From positions 219,393 through 283,392 of the forward strand of contig JAQURC010000002.1 in the NCBI GenBank assembly GCA_028715785.1: a stretch of DNA of 64,000 nt, given 5' to 3'. The DNA comes from Candidatus Omnitrophota bacterium. GTDB lineage: Bacteria > Omnitrophota > Gorgyraeia > Gygaellales > Profunditerraquicolaceae. Below, one piece after another: positions 12,513 through 22,662 of the stretch (its first letter is position 1; each line of letters begins with the position of its first letter). A program made the translations under genes and the position numbers. Below the pieces are notes generated by a model. That model saw only the letters and a program-made list of their open reading frames with translations, was not told the origin of the DNA and searched no databases.

Positions 12513-13101
12513 TGTTCTAAAGAAAATTTTGCTGATTATATTCTTTCTCCTTATCTGCGCCGATCTTTGTTTTGCTATCACGCTTTTGACCGAACAAGAA
12601 GCTTTAGACCGGCTCCTGCCGCATGCTTATGGAACAGAAATAACCACTCAAAAAATAACTGCTTCTCAAAAACAGCTGGATATGATTAAAAAGGAATTGG
12701 GGGGCAGGCTAGTTTACGAAATCAGGGATCGAGCCGCTAAAGAATTGAATCAACAAAAAGAATTTATTTTTTATTTTGCCAAAGATCAGAACGGAACAAT
12801 CGGGATAGCCCTTATTTTGGACGAGCCGGGAAAATGGGGGCCGATTAAATTCATTATCTATCTGGGGCCAAAAGGAGAAATTCACTCTACCGCAGTAATG
12901 AAATACAGCGAAACCCGCGGCAGGCCCGTTGCTTCAGGAAGCTTCTTAAGGCAATTTTCCGGCAAGACCCTTAATGATCCGCTAAACTTAGACCAGGACA
13001 TACAAGGGATCTCCGGAGCGACAATTTCTTCCCATGCCGCCTGCTTTACGATGAAAAAGGCAATGGTTTTATATAAAATACTGGTATTGGACCAAAAATA
13101 G
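12493..13101 (+). CDS. Stand-alone FMN-binding domain protein (extracytoplasmic, predicted flavinylation substrate)
   Basis: N-terminal hydrophobic segment. FMN_bind-type motif GISGATISS holds the Thr/Ser acceptor used by ApbE in NqrC/RnfG-type domains. Overlaps apbE by 20 bp. Confidence 0.75.
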   Translation: MIKMKTDVLKKILLIIFFLLICADLCFAITLLTEQEALDRLLPHAYGTEITTQKITASQKQLDMIKKELGGRLVYEIRDRAAKELNQQKEFIFYFAKDQNGTIGIALILDEPGKWGPIKFIIYLGPKGEIHSTAVMKYSETRGRPVASGSFLRQFSGKTLNDPLNLDQDIQGISGATISSHAACFTMKKAMVLYKILVLDQK

Positions 13102-13106
13102 AAAAA

Positions 13107-14726
13107 ATGAAAAGGCTTAAAGACATCACGGTAAGAAATAAAATTTTGCTGGGTTATTTTTGCATCATAGCATTCTTTATCGGGCTGGGGATATATTATG
13201 TCGACGCGACAAGGAAGATAAGCCAGGTAAGCCGCAAGATCGAATTGCATAATTTTACCGGAGTCGAGTTGATCACTGAAATCCAAAGGAACGTATTGAT
13301 CGTAAAAAATTTACAGAGGGGAATTTATTATGTCCAGAGAGACGGGCAGTTGCTGGAAATTAAAAAACACCTGGATATTTATGCTTCCAAAATTGCACAG
13401 CTTATCTCGGAATTAGAGGAATTGGAAAAAAATGGGCCGCCGGATACCTTAAGAATAGTATCCAGAATTAAAGGTTTGTTCCAAGAATACCGCAATTTGG
13501 TTTATAAAGAAATCCGGGATGGAATAAACGAAAAGGTTTATTGGGAGTTTAACGAACCGGCTGCTTTAAGGCAGTTAGAAGAAGAGTTAAACGACCTGCA
13601 CAATGAAGAAGTTTCCATTTTTTCTTTGGCGTTAGGAAATATGGACCATCTGGCAAGAAGAATGCGCGATAGTTATATTTGGACGCTTTTAATATTAATT
13701 CTTCTTTCAATCTGGATTGCCTGCTGGATCGCCGGGATCATTGTTAAGCCCATCATGAATTTAATCATGGGAATGCGTAAACTCGGTAACGGCAACCTTG
13801 ATTATAAAATAGAGGTAAAAAATAACGATGAAATCGGCATATTGCAGAACGGTTTTATGGCCATGGCCAACCGTTTAAAGTTGGCGCATGATGCTTTGCA
13901 GAAAGAAAGGGACAGCCTGGAGATTAAGGTAAAGGACCGGACAAAAGATTTAGAGCAGAGCCAAACGAATTTAATCCAGGCAAATGAAGAGTTAAAACGG
14001 ATTCAGAACCAACTCATCCAATCGGCAAAAATGGCGGCGATCGGATCGCTTGCCGGAGGAGTGGCGCATGAAATAAACAATCCCCTCACCGGGGTATTAA
14101 ATAATGTGGAGTTGATTAAAATGGAAATGGCGGAAAAAAATGATTTTGCCCCGGCGGATTTTAAAGGGCTTCTGGATATTATCGAAGAATCGGCTTTGCG
14201 CTGCAAGCGGATTGTCCAGGGGCTTCTGGAATTTTCTCATATCGGAAAAGAGGAGGTTAAACCCGCCTTGATCAATGAAGTTTTGGAAAAAACCATCGCT
14301 TTAGCCGGCAACGAGATGCGGCTTGAAAATATAAAAATTACCAAGGAATTCGCCAATAGCCGCCCGATGGCCAAGATTGATGTTAACCGCTTCCGGCAGG
14401 TCATTTTAGATATTATAAATAACGCAAGATGGGCCCTGCGTAACAAACCCCCCCATGCGGAATTAAGGATTAAAACTTTACTCTCGGAAGATAAGAAGCT
14501 TGTGATAATAGAAATCTACGATAATGGCTGCGGTATCGAAAAGGATACCCTGCCGCATATCTTTGAGCCGTTTTTTACCACCAAAAAAATCGGTGAGGGG
14601 ACAGGGCTGGGTCTGTCTATTTCTTACCAGATTATTAAAGAACTCAACGGTGTCCTGGAAGCAGAATCTGAAGGTAAGGATAAAGGAGCGACATTCAGGA
14701 TTAAGTTACCGGCAGCAGTAAACTGA
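13107..14726 (+). CDS. Sensor histidine kinase (2 TM, periplasmic helical sensor, HAMP, HisKA, HATPase_c)
   Basis: TM helices near residues 14-34 and 190-212. H-box [11 protein letters not shown]-box, G-boxes (GTGLGLSI). Confidence 0.9.
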   Translation: MKRLKDITVRNKILLGYFCIIAFFIGLGIYYVDATRKISQVSRKIELHNFTGVELITEIQRNVLIVKNLQRGIYYVQRDGQLLEIKKHLDIYASKIAQLISELEELEKNGPPDTLRIVSRIKGLFQEYRNLVYKEIRDGINEKVYWEFNEPAALRQLEEELNDLHNEEVSIFSLALGNMDHLARRMRDSYIWTLLILILLSIWIACWIAGIIVKPIMNLIMGMRKLGNGNLDYKIEVKNNDEIGILQNGFMAMANRLKLAHDALQKERDSLEIKVKDRTKDLEQSQTNLIQANEELKRIQNQLIQSAKMAAIGSLAGGVAHEINNPLTGVLNNVELIKMEMAEKNDFAPADFKGLLDIIEESALRCKRIVQGLLEFSHIGKEEVKPALINEVLEKTIALAGNEMRLENIKITKEFANSRPMAKIDVNRFRQVILDIINNARWALRNKPPHAELRIKTLLSEDKKLVIIEIYDNGCGIEKDTLPHIFEPFFTTKKIGEGTGLGLSISYQIIKELNGVLEAESEGKDKGATFRIKLPAAVN

Positions 14727-14756
14727 TCAATAACAATTTAATTAAGGGGGTGTTTA

Positions 14757-15137
14757 ATGGACGGAAAAAAACCGCGCGCTTTAGTTGTGGATGATGAGAA
14801 AATCATCCGTGATTTTTTAAACACCCTGCTATCCCTGCAGGGGCTTGAAGTAGTCAAGGCTGAAGATGGATATAAGGCGATAGAGCTGTCCCGCACAGGG
14901 GGATTCGACCTTTTTTTCATCGACTACAGGCTGCCGGGCTTAAACGGTTTAGAGACTTTCCGCCAAATACGCCAGATTGACCAGGATGCCTCGGTAGTAA
15001 TGATGACCGGCTATGCGGTAGAAGGCATTCTCGAACAGGCAGTGAGCGAAGGGGCGTACGGTTTAATCCGCAAACCGTTTAATATCGGCGAAATAAAATA
15101 CTTAATCGATAAAATCCTGGTAGAAAAGAAAAAATAA
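14757..15137 (+). CDS. Single-domain response-regulator receiver (CheY-like)
   Basis: 126 aa, LVVDDE.., phospho-acceptor Asp in FFIDYRLPG, conserved Lys (IRKP). No output domain. Confidence 0.85.
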   Translation: MDGKKPRALVVDDEKIIRDFLNTLLSLQGLEVVKAEDGYKAIELSRTGGFDLFFIDYRLPGLNGLETFRQIRQIDQDASVVMMTGYAVEGILEQAVSEGAYGLIRKPFNIGEIKYLIDKILVEKKK

Positions 15138-15174
15138 TGCTATACTGATTTTCCTAATTTTAGAAGGAAAGGAG

Positions 15175-15345
15175 ATGATCATATTGACACAGGTCGAAGT
15201 AAAGAAAGACGAATCTTTTGAATCCGCTTTGCGCCGGTTTAAGAAGAAAATCGAGCAGGAAGGGATTTTGCGTGAGGTCCGTGACCGTAAACATTACGAA
15301 AAACCCAGCGAACGCAAAAGAAAAAAAGCTAAAACCAGAAAATAA
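15175..15345 (+). CDS. rpsU: 30S ribosomal protein S21 (absent from the ORF track, under 60 aa)
   Basis: ..[50 protein letters not shown] matches S21 (..V(R/K)xNExx(D/E)xALRRFKR..EKP..RK..). The true start may be the TTG at 15184, about 9 nt after GGAG, rather than the ATG at 15175. Confidence 0.8.
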   Translation: MIILTQVEVKKDESFESALRRFKKKIEQEGILREVRDRKHYEKPSERKRKKAKTRK

Positions 15346-15347
15346 GC

Positions 15348-16172
15348 ATGGTGCCTCAAATTAGTATCCGTAAACCCGCTGTAGCCGGACAATTTTATCC
15401 TTCAAGCGCAAAAGATATCAATACAATGATTTCTTCTTTTGCCGATAAGGGAGCGCAAAAGAATGATGCTATAGGATGCGTTTTGCCTCATGCCGGGTAT
15501 ATTTATTCCGGAAAAGTAGCCGTAGCCACAGTCTCAAGGATAAATATCAAAGATACCGTGGTCCTTTTGGGCCCCAACCATACGGGCTTAGGGGCTGATT
15601 TTAGCATAATGCCACAAGGAAGCTGGCAAACTCCCCTGGGTAATATAGAAATTAATTCGGAGCTGGCAAATTCATTTTTAAGCAAATCCGGATACCTCAA
15701 GGGCGACACGCTGGCTCATCTGGATGAGCACTCCCTGGAGGTAGAACTTCCCATATTGCAGTATTTCAGGCGCGATTTTAAAATAGTCCCCATCGCTATT
15801 AAAACCGGCAGCCTGGCCGTACTCAATGAAATTGCGCAAAGCTTAGCCGGTGTAATTAACGAAAAACACCTTAAGGGCTCGATTACCTTGATTGCCAGTT
15901 CTGATATGACGCATTATGAGCCGCAGAAAAACGCGGAGAAAAAAGACAGCCTGGCAATTGAGGCAATAACCGCCCTAGACGAGCAAAGATTAGAATCGGC
16001 AATTAGAGAATTCAATATTTCCATGTGCGGTTTTGCCCCGGTTGCTGTATTGATAAAAGCCGCCAAGCTCCTCGGGGCAAAAACAGGAAAATTAATTAAA
16101 TACCAAACCAGCGCTGACGCCACCAGAGATACAGCCAGTGTTGTCGGCTATGCCGGAATTACAATTTATTAA
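15348..16172 (+). CDS. MEMO1 family protein (AmmeMemoRadiSam system protein B-like)
   Basis: Hallmark N-terminus RKPAVAGQFYP and metal-ligand motifs LPHAGYIYSG, GPNHTG and SSDMTHYEP. Confidence 0.8.
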   Translation: MVPQISIRKPAVAGQFYPSSAKDINTMISSFADKGAQKNDAIGCVLPHAGYIYSGKVAVATVSRINIKDTVVLLGPNHTGLGADFSIMPQGSWQTPLGNIEINSELANSFLSKSGYLKGDTLAHLDEHSLEVELPILQYFRRDFKIVPIAIKTGSLAVLNEIAQSLAGVINEKHLKGSITLIASSDMTHYEPQKNAEKKDSLAIEAITALDEQRLESAIREFNISMCGFAPVAVLIKAAKLLGAKTGKLIKYQTSADATRDTASVVGYAGITIY

Positions 16173-16175
16173 GCT

Positions 16176-16472
16176 ATGGATGATATAGAAAAAACCGATA
16201 AAAAGGAATTTGTTCCTCCGAAAGCGGATTTTAAATTTTTTATCACTACCCTTGCCTTACAGGCTTCCATTGCTTTAGGGCACATGGAAAATCCTGCAAC
16301 CGGCAAGGTTCAAAAGGATCCGGCGCAGGCAAAATTCCTTATCGATACGCTGGCTATGCTGCAGGAAAAAACCAAGGGCAACCTTACTAAGGAAGAAACA
16401 GACATATTAGAGAATTTACTTTATGAATTAAGAATAGCCTACCTTGCTAAGGAGGAAGATAAACCAAAATGA
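16176..16472 (+). CDS. Hypothetical protein (about 98 aa, DUF-like)
   Basis: ORF only. Acidic termini and a central hydrophobic helix. Function not recognised. Confidence 0.4.
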   Translation: MDDIEKTDKKEFVPPKADFKFFITTLALQASIALGHMENPATGKVQKDPAQAKFLIDTLAMLQEKTKGNLTKEETDILENLLYELRIAYLAKEEDKPK

Positions 16473-16621
16473 TCGATAAAGAACTGCTTGATATATTGGC
16501 TTGCCCTGTTTGTAAAGCCGATGTGAAATTGACAGGCAATAAAATTGTTTGCAGGAAATGCGGGAAAAAATATCCGGTGCGCGATGGGATCCCGGTAATG
16601 CTGGTAGATGAAGCAGGATAA
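16469..16621 (+). CDS. Trm112/YcaR-like zinc-ribbon protein (absent from the ORF track)
   Basis: 50 aa [21 protein letters not shown]...[20 protein letters not shown] is the classic Trm112 pattern (LLxxLxCPxC...CxxC..YPIxDGIPvml). ATGA overlap with the upstream stop. Confidence 0.7.
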   Translation: MIDKELLDILACPVCKADVKLTGNKIVCRKCGKKYPVRDGIPVMLVDEAG

Positions 16622-16638
16622 AAAGACCGGCCTTAATA

Positions 16639-17082
16639 ATGAAAAAAATATTAGTTATCCACGGCCCTAACCTGGATCTTCTTGGGACAAGAGAGCCGAC
16701 AATCTATGGCCGCCTGACTTTAGCCAAAATTAACCGGATGCTTAAAATCCAGGCAAAAAAAGCTAAAGTGGCCTTAGTTATTAAACAATCCAACCACGAA
16801 GGCGCTATTGTAGATTTAATCGGAAGGGCCAAAAAAAATAAATTCCAAGGTATTTTGATTAATCCGGCAGCCTATACGCATACAAGCGTGGCTGTGCGCG
16901 ATGCCATAGCTGCCTGCGGACTGATTGTGGTCGAAGTCCACCTTTCTAATATCTATTCCCGTGAAGAGTTCAGGCACAAATCGCTGATCAGCCCGGTTGT
17001 TTGCGGCACGATCCTGGGTTTTGGGGCAAATAGCTATACCTTAGGATTGGCTGCCCTCCTTGATTTAATCCGGACAAAATGA
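16639..17082 (+). CDS. aroQ: 3-dehydroquinate dehydratase, type II
   Basis: [33 protein letters not shown]. Confidence 0.9.
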   Translation: MKKILVIHGPNLDLLGTREPTIYGRLTLAKINRMLKIQAKKAKVALVIKQSNHEGAIVDLIGRAKKNKFQGILINPAAYTHTSVAVRDAIAACGLIVVEVHLSNIYSREEFRHKSLISPVVCGTILGFGANSYTLGLAALLDLIRTK

Positions 17083-18140
17083 ACCGCCGCTTAAGAAACA
17101 TACATTCTGCGCTCAAACAGAGAAGGCTCGATGCCTTGCTTGTTTGTTGGCCGGCCAATATCTCTTATTTGACAGAATCCCAAAGCCGTGATTCCTATCT
17201 CCTGGTTTGCCGGAAAGAGGACATCTACTTCACCGATTCCCGCTATAGTGAAGAGGCAAAAATTTTCTTAAAAGGCAATGCCAAGCTCAAAGAATGCAAC
17301 GGTTCCGTATTTAAGCATATTGCGCAAACAGTTCTTGGATTTAAACTAAAAAAAGTGGGTATCGAAGAAAGATACCTGCCAACTGCCGAATTTGCCAGGA
17401 TTAAGGAATATGCCGGAGGAAAGTTTGATTTAATTCCTACGCACGGTATAATTGAGGATAAAAGGCAGGTTAAAGATAACCGGGAACTTGCGAAACTTAA
17501 GGAGGCCGCCCGGATCACGGCTCTGGCTTTAGAATATATTAAGCAATTCCTTGTCCCGGGGGTAAAAGAAGTAGAAGTTGTAGCCGAGCTTGAGCGCTTT
17601 ATAAGATACCAGGGAGCCAGGGCTTCGGCTTTTGATATAATTGTGGCTTCCGGGCCAAACTCTAGCCGTCCGCACCATCTTTCAGGAGAGAGAAAACTTA
17701 AAGATAATGAACCGGTGCTCATTGATTTGGGAGTTGATTATCAAGGATATAAATCTGACTTGACAAGGGTTTTCTTTTTGGGTAAAATGAACGTTCTTGT
17801 GCGTAAGGTTTATGATATTGTCCTTAAAGCTCAAGAGTTGGCGATCAGAAGAATTCATCCCGGCGCAGAAATGGCTGGAATTGATAGGGTTGCACGGGCT
17901 TACATCGCAAAAAAAGGGTACGCGAAAAATTTTACGCATAATCTCGGCCATGGTTTCGGCCTGGAGGTGCATGAAGACCCGCGGATCTCCGGCAATGAAG
18001 CCAGCGCGCTCAAGCCGGGCATGACTTTTACGGTAGAACCGGGGATATATTTACCGGGTAGATTCGGCATAAGGATCGAAGATATGGTTTTAGTAACCAG
18101 GAAAGGCTGCGAGGTGATCAGTGGCTCTATCAATAAATGA
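17079..18140 (+). CDS. pepP: Xaa-Pro aminopeptidase (M24B family)
   Basis: Creatinase-N-like N-terminal domain. Pita-bread metal ligands [17 protein letters not shown]. Confidence 0.85.
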   Translation: MNRRLRNIHSALKQRRLDALLVCWPANISYLTESQSRDSYLLVCRKEDIYFTDSRYSEEAKIFLKGNAKLKECNGSVFKHIAQTVLGFKLKKVGIEERYLPTAEFARIKEYAGGKFDLIPTHGIIEDKRQVKDNRELAKLKEAARITALALEYIKQFLVPGVKEVEVVAELERFIRYQGARASAFDIIVASGPNSSRPHHLSGERKLKDNEPVLIDLGVDYQGYKSDLTRVFFLGKMNVLVRKVYDIVLKAQELAIRRIHPGAEMAGIDRVARAYIAKKGYAKNFTHNLGHGFGLEVHEDPRISGNEASALKPGMTFTVEPGIYLPGRFGIRIEDMVLVTRKGCEVISGSINK

Positions 18141-18687
18141 AATTAAATCCGGGGTAACGATTTTAGTTGAAGGCAATGTTTATGTCTGCCTTGACGCCCA
18201 GCACATCAAACCCGGCAAGGGCGCGGCTTTTGTGCGGGCAAGGCTGCGCAACATGAAAAACAATAATATCCAGGAGAAGACTTTCCGCGGCGACGATAAA
18301 ATAGAGCAGGCTTTTATCGAGGAACGTAAATTACAATACCAGTATTCAAGCGGCGGGATATTCCATTTTATGGACACCGAAAACTTCGAAGAAATCGCTA
18401 TCTCCGAAGAAAGTGTCGGGGACTCCGCCAAGCTTTTAAAAGACAACCTGGAGATCCAGGGTTACTTCTTCAAGGGAGAGACCCTGTCCATAACCTTGCC
18501 TAATTTTATTGAATTTAACATTATTGAAACCGAGCCGGGCATAAAAGGCGATTCATCCAAAAGCGGGACTAAACCTGCCACGGTTGATACCGGGGCAATT
18601 ATTCAGGTCCCTCTATTTATTAATGTAGGGGACAAGATAAAAGTTGACACGCGTACCGGCGGCACCTATGTTGAAAGGGTCAACTAA
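18121..18687 (+). CDS. efp: Elongation factor P
   Basis: [15 protein letters not shown].....QHIKPGKGAAFVRARLRN, with the KPGKG loop. Confidence 0.95.
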   Translation: MALSINEIKSGVTILVEGNVYVCLDAQHIKPGKGAAFVRARLRNMKNNNIQEKTFRGDDKIEQAFIEERKLQYQYSSGGIFHFMDTENFEEIAISEESVGDSAKLLKDNLEIQGYFFKGETLSITLPNFIEFNIIETEPGIKGDSSKSGTKPATVDTGAIIQVPLFINVGDKIKVDTRTGGTYVERVN

Positions 18688-18689
18688 GT

Positions 18690-18755
18690 AACACCCCGCG
18701 CTTATAAGGAATTGCGCGCCTGCCTGCCGGCAGGCAGGGGTAGGCCCTTCTGGGC
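18690..18755 (+). repeat. Intergenic GC-rich palindromic element, copy A (efp-accB spacer)
   Basis: AACACCCCGCGCTTATAAGGAATTGCGCG + CCTGCCTGCCGGCAGGCAGG + GGGGTAG + GCCCTTCTGGGC. The first 54 nt are identical to copy B at 45642-45695. Confidence 0.7.
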
Positions 18756-18767
18756 AAGGAGTTTTTT

Positions 18768-19223
18768 ATGAATATCAAAGAAATCAAGGAAATGATTAAC
18801 CTGATGAATGAAAACGGCCTGACTGAACTGGAAGTAGAGAAGGATGATATGCGTATCCGCCTTAAAAAAACAGCCAGCGGCATCGAAGGTTTTGATGGAG
18901 CGGCTGTTTTGCAGGGACAGAACCAAGCAGCTCAACTTAAAGTCCAGAACCTGCAGCAGGCAGAAGAAAAGAACGCAGTTAAAACATTGGAAATTAAGTC
19001 TCCGATGGTCGGGACGTTCTATCGGGCGCCTAATCCCGAAGCCCCTGCTTATGTGGAGGTTGGCCAAACTATTGAACCCGGGCAGGTAATCTGTATCATT
19101 GAAGCGATGAAATTGATGAATGAAATAAAATCAGAAATAAAAGGCAAGATCCTTGAAATATTAGTTGATAACGCTGAACCGGTAGAATTCGGCCAGCCAT
19201 TATTCCTTATTGAGCCGCTCTAA
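18768..19223 (+). CDS. accB: Biotin carboxyl carrier protein of acetyl-CoA carboxylase
   Basis: C-terminal biotinyl domain with the EAMKLMNEI motif. Confidence 0.9.
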   Translation: MNIKEIKEMINLMNENGLTELEVEKDDMRIRLKKTASGIEGFDGAAVLQGQNQAAQLKVQNLQQAEEKNAVKTLEIKSPMVGTFYRAPNPEAPAYVEVGQTIEPGQVICIIEAMKLMNEIKSEIKGKILEILVDNAEPVEFGQPLFLIEPL

Positions 19224-19233
19224 GTAATATAAG

Positions 19234-20595
19234 ATGTTCTCTAAGATCCTTATTGCCAATCGAGGCGAAATCGCCTTAAGAATAATCCGCGCAGCTCATG
19301 AGATGGGCATACGCACCGTGGCCGTTTACTCCCAGGCGGACCGCAACAGCCTGCACGTGCGTTTTGCCGACGAAGCAATCTGCATCGGCCAGGCATCTTC
19401 CAGTAACAGCTACTTAAACATCCCCGCGATTATCAGCGCGGCTGAAATTACCGATGTCGAGGCCATTCATCCGGGTTACGGATTTTTGGCCGAGAACGCG
19501 CATTTTGCCGAAATATGTAAATCCTGTAAAATCACTTTTATCGGCCCTACCCCGGAAAATATGCGCCTTATGGGAGATAAGATGGCTGCCCGCACGACGA
19601 TGCAAAAAGCCGGCCTGCCGATTGTTCCCGGAAGCCGCGCGATTATAAAAAACAAGGAAGAAGCGCTCAAGACCGCCAAGACAATCGGCTATCCTGTAAT
19701 TATCAAAGCGGCTGCCGGAGGCGGCGGCAAAGGAATGCGTATTTGCCATAACGATCTAACTCTTGTATCCAGTTTATTGACCGCCCAGACCGAAGCGGAA
19801 GCAAATTTCGGTAATTCCAGCGTCTACATTGAAAAATATATTGAAAGACCGCGCCATATCGAAGTTCAGATTATCGCCGATTCCTCGGGCCATATCGTGC
19901 AGCTTGGAGAAAGGGACTGCAGTATCCAGAGGAGGCACCAGAAATTACTTGAAGAATCGCCTTCTCCGGTAGTCGACAGCAAGATGCGCCGTAAATTAGG
20001 AGAGATGGTTTTAAAAGGAATGAAATCCATCGGTTATGTCAGCTGCGGCACGATTGAATTTTTGCTTGATGAAAAAACCGGAAATTTCTATTTTATGGAG
20101 ATGAATACCCGGATCCAGGTAGAGCACCCGGTTACCGAAATGGTTACCGGCATTGATTTGATTAAGGAGCAGATCCGGGTGGCTTCCGGTGAAAAACTCA
20201 AGTTCAATCAGGACAATATTCAACTTAAGGGGGCGGCGATTGAATGCCGGATTAACGCCGAAGACCCGGATAATAATTTTATGCCTTGCCCCGGAAAAAT
20301 CGATGCATTAATCCTTCCCGGAGGCCCGAATGTCCGCGTGGATACGCATATTTACGCCGGATATGAAATATCCCCTTATTATGATTCTTTAGTGGCTAAA
20401 CTCATTGTCTACGGTAACAACCGCCAGGAGGCAATCAAAACTATGCGCCGGGCTTTAAGTGAATTTTACATTGCCCCGATTAAGACCACCATACCTTTTC
20501 ATCTTAAGCTGATGGACAATCCGTTATTTAAAAAGAGCGATATCTCCACCCATTTTGTGCAGGACCTTTTGGCAAATGAAGGGAAAGCAGAGTAA
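19234..20595 (+). CDS. accC: Biotin carboxylase
   Basis: 453 aa. [23 protein letters not shown]-grasp, [14 protein letters not shown]. Confidence 0.95.
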   Translation: MFSKILIANRGEIALRIIRAAHEMGIRTVAVYSQADRNSLHVRFADEAICIGQASSSNSYLNIPAIISAAEITDVEAIHPGYGFLAENAHFAEICKSCKITFIGPTPENMRLMGDKMAARTTMQKAGLPIVPGSRAIIKNKEEALKTAKTIGYPVIIKAAAGGGGKGMRICHNDLTLVSSLLTAQTEAEANFGNSSVYIEKYIERPRHIEVQIIADSSGHIVQLGERDCSIQRRHQKLLEESPSPVVDSKMRRKLGEMVLKGMKSIGYVSCGTIEFLLDEKTGNFYFMEMNTRIQVEHPVTEMVTGIDLIKEQIRVASGEKLKFNQDNIQLKGAAIECRINAEDPDNNFMPCPGKIDALILPGGPNVRVDTHIYAGYEISPYYDSLVAKLIVYGNNRQEAIKTMRRALSEFYIAPIKTTIPFHLKLMDNPLFKKSDISTHFVQDLLANEGKAE

Positions 20596-20949
20596 ATGAA
20601 CCGCGATGAATCAAGGAACGAATTAGGGATAGTCAGGATCCATAAGAATGTAATTTCATCCATATCTTCTATCGCCGCCATGGAGATCGAAGGGGTAAAA
20701 TCGGTCGGCAAAGATCTGAGGTCCGGATTGCTTGAATTTTTCGGGCAAAAATATTTTTCGGCAATAAAAGTAGATATCTCTAAAAATGAAGAGGTAAAGG
20801 TAGAAATTCCCTTGATTATCAAATATGGCTATAATATTCCGGATGTGGCCAGCCGCGTTCAGGAGAATGTACGCCAGGCATTAGAAAAGATGGGCAATCT
20901 TTCCATAAAAGATGTCAATATAAATGTGCGGGGGATAGAAAGGGGTTAA
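20596..20949 (+). CDS. Asp23/Gls24 family envelope stress protein
   Basis: 117 aa. N-terminus VRIHKNVISSISSIAAMEIEGV and a VxVxV repeat, typical of Asp23 (DUF322). Confidence 0.8.
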   Translation: MNRDESRNELGIVRIHKNVISSISSIAAMEIEGVKSVGKDLRSGLLEFFGQKYFSAIKVDISKNEEVKVEIPLIIKYGYNIPDVASRVQENVRQALEKMGNLSIKDVNINVRGIERG

Positions 20950-20951
20950 CT

Positions 20952-21560
20952 ATGAGATTTTTTTCCGTATTGGGGATCGTATTTTACTCGGTGGTCATTA
21001 TCGGGATCGGCCTGGCAATGATTATATTTTCATTGGACCTGTTACAGCCCCAGGATATCAATAATTTGCTTATTTTTTCCCAGAACAGCCAAAATTCCCG
21101 GATAATTATCGGCCTGTCCGGCGCGCTTTTAATCCTGATTAGTTTTTCCTTTGCCCAGGTCATCTTAGGTAAATTCCAGAGGGAAAGGACGATTGCATTC
21201 GCAACAGCCAGCGGCCAGGTCACCATATCGCTATCTGCGGTGGAGGACCTGATCCGCAGGTTGTCCGTAGTGATCCCTGAAGTAAAGGAATTAAGGCCAA
21301 ATGTCGTGGCCAGTAAAAAAGGAATTGTTGTCGATATGCGCGTAGTCTTGCGTTCTGAAGCCAATATCCCCGAACTTACCAGCCGCCTGCAGGATATTAC
21401 AAAAAGTAAAATTCAGGAGGTTTTAGGGGTTGAAGAGCAGATTATCATCAGGATCCATGTAGCCAAGATTGTTCACGATGAAAAGGACAGCCGCAAGAAA
21501 AAAGATTTCGAAAAAGACGATTATTCAACAATACCGTTTAGCGGTTACGGACGGGCTTAA
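20952..21560 (+). CDS. Membrane protein, AmaP-like Asp23 anchor candidate
   Basis: Two N-terminal TM helices, a basic/acidic C-tail, and position directly after Asp23. Confidence 0.45.
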   Translation: MRFFSVLGIVFYSVVIIGIGLAMIIFSLDLLQPQDINNLLIFSQNSQNSRIIIGLSGALLILISFSFAQVILGKFQRERTIAFATASGQVTISLSAVEDLIRRLSVVIPEVKELRPNVVASKKGIVVDMRVVLRSEANIPELTSRLQDITKSKIQEVLGVEEQIIIRIHVAKIVHDEKDSRKKKDFEKDDYSTIPFSGYGRA

Positions 21561-21564
21561 AGGC

Positions 21565-21594
21565 ACCCGGCGCTTATAAGGTATTGCGCGGGTG
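21565..21594 (+). repeat. Intergenic GC-rich palindromic element, copy C (upstream of pfk)
   Basis: CACCCGGCGC-TTATAAGGTATT-GCGCGGGTG, followed by the small hairpin TGTGT-tcgt-ACACA next to the AGGAGG RBS. Confidence 0.65.
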
Positions 21595-21623
21595 TGTGTT
21601 CGTACACAAGGAGGAATGAAGAA

Positions 21624-22652
21624 ATGGCAAGGATTGGTATTCTAACAGGCGGTGGCGATTGCCCGGGATTAAATCCGGTAATTCGGGCGGTTGTGCGTAA
21701 GGCGTTGCTTGAAGGATATGAAATCACGGGCATTAAAAATGGCTGGAAGGGCCTGGTTGAGAACGATACCATGCGTTTAGATATTAATACTGTTTCCGGC
21801 ATCTTACCCAAAGGCGGGACTATTTTAGGGACCAGCCGCACTAACCCGTATAAAAAAGAAGGCGACCTGCAAAAGGTCAAGGACAATTTTAAGAAAATGG
21901 GATTGGACGCCCTAGTTGCCGTGGGCGGCGAAGACACCCTCGGCGTTGCTTCCAAACTGGTTAAAGAAGGACTGCCTATTGTAGGAGTCCCCAAAACCAT
22001 TGACAATGACCTTTCAGCTACCGATTACACCTTTGGCTTCGATACTGCTTTAAACGTGGCAATGGAGTGTATTGACCGTTTACATACTACGGCTGAAAGC
22101 CATCACCGGATTATGGTCGCCGAGGTCATGGGCAGGCACGCGGGCTGGATTGCCCTTGAGGCAGGTATTGCCGGAGGAGCGGATGTGATCCTGATCCCTG
22201 AGATCCCTATCGATTTAGATGAAGTTTGCAATATTATCAAGAAGAGGCACGCAAGAGGAAAAACATTTAGTATTGTGGTAGTTTCCGAGGGCGCTCAATT
22301 TAAAGACGGCTCCATGGTTACCCAGGAAAAAAAGCTTGACGCCTTTGGGCATGTAAGGCTGGGCGGTATCGGCGAAGAATTAGCCGCGCAGATTGAGAAA
22401 AAAACCGGCTATGAAACCAGGGTCAGTGTCTTGGGCCATATACAAAGAGGGGGCTCACCGACCGCCTTTGACCGCGTATTGGGTACGCGCTTAGGGGTAA
22501 AAGCGGTGGAACTGATTAAAAATAAGAAATTCGGAAAAATGGTAGCCTTAGCCGGTATCAAGATTATCGACGTGCCTTTAGAGGAAGCGGTGAAGGCTTT
22601 AAAAACCGTGGATATGGAACTCTATGATATCGCGAAAGTTTTTTTTGGATAA
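21624..22652 (+). CDS. pfk: 6-phosphofructokinase (ATP- or PPi-dependent)
   Basis: Start at MARIGILTGGGDCPGLN, 8 nt after AAGGAGG. MGR and PKTIDND motifs. The ORF-track start at 21594 translates the upstream repeat. Confidence 0.85.
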   Translation: MARIGILTGGGDCPGLNPVIRAVVRKALLEGYEITGIKNGWKGLVENDTMRLDINTVSGILPKGGTILGTSRTNPYKKEGDLQKVKDNFKKMGLDALVAVGGEDTLGVASKLVKEGLPIVGVPKTIDNDLSATDYTFGFDTALNVAMECIDRLHTTAESHHRIMVAEVMGRHAGWIALEAGIAGGADVILIPEIPIDLDEVCNIIKKRHARGKTFSIVVVSEGAQFKDGSMVTQEKKLDAFGHVRLGGIGEELAAQIEKKTGYETRVSVLGHIQRGGSPTAFDRVLGTRLGVKAVELIKNKKFGKMVALAGIKIIDVPLEEAVKALKTVDMELYDIAKVFFG

Positions 22653-22662
22653 TAAGGTAGTG

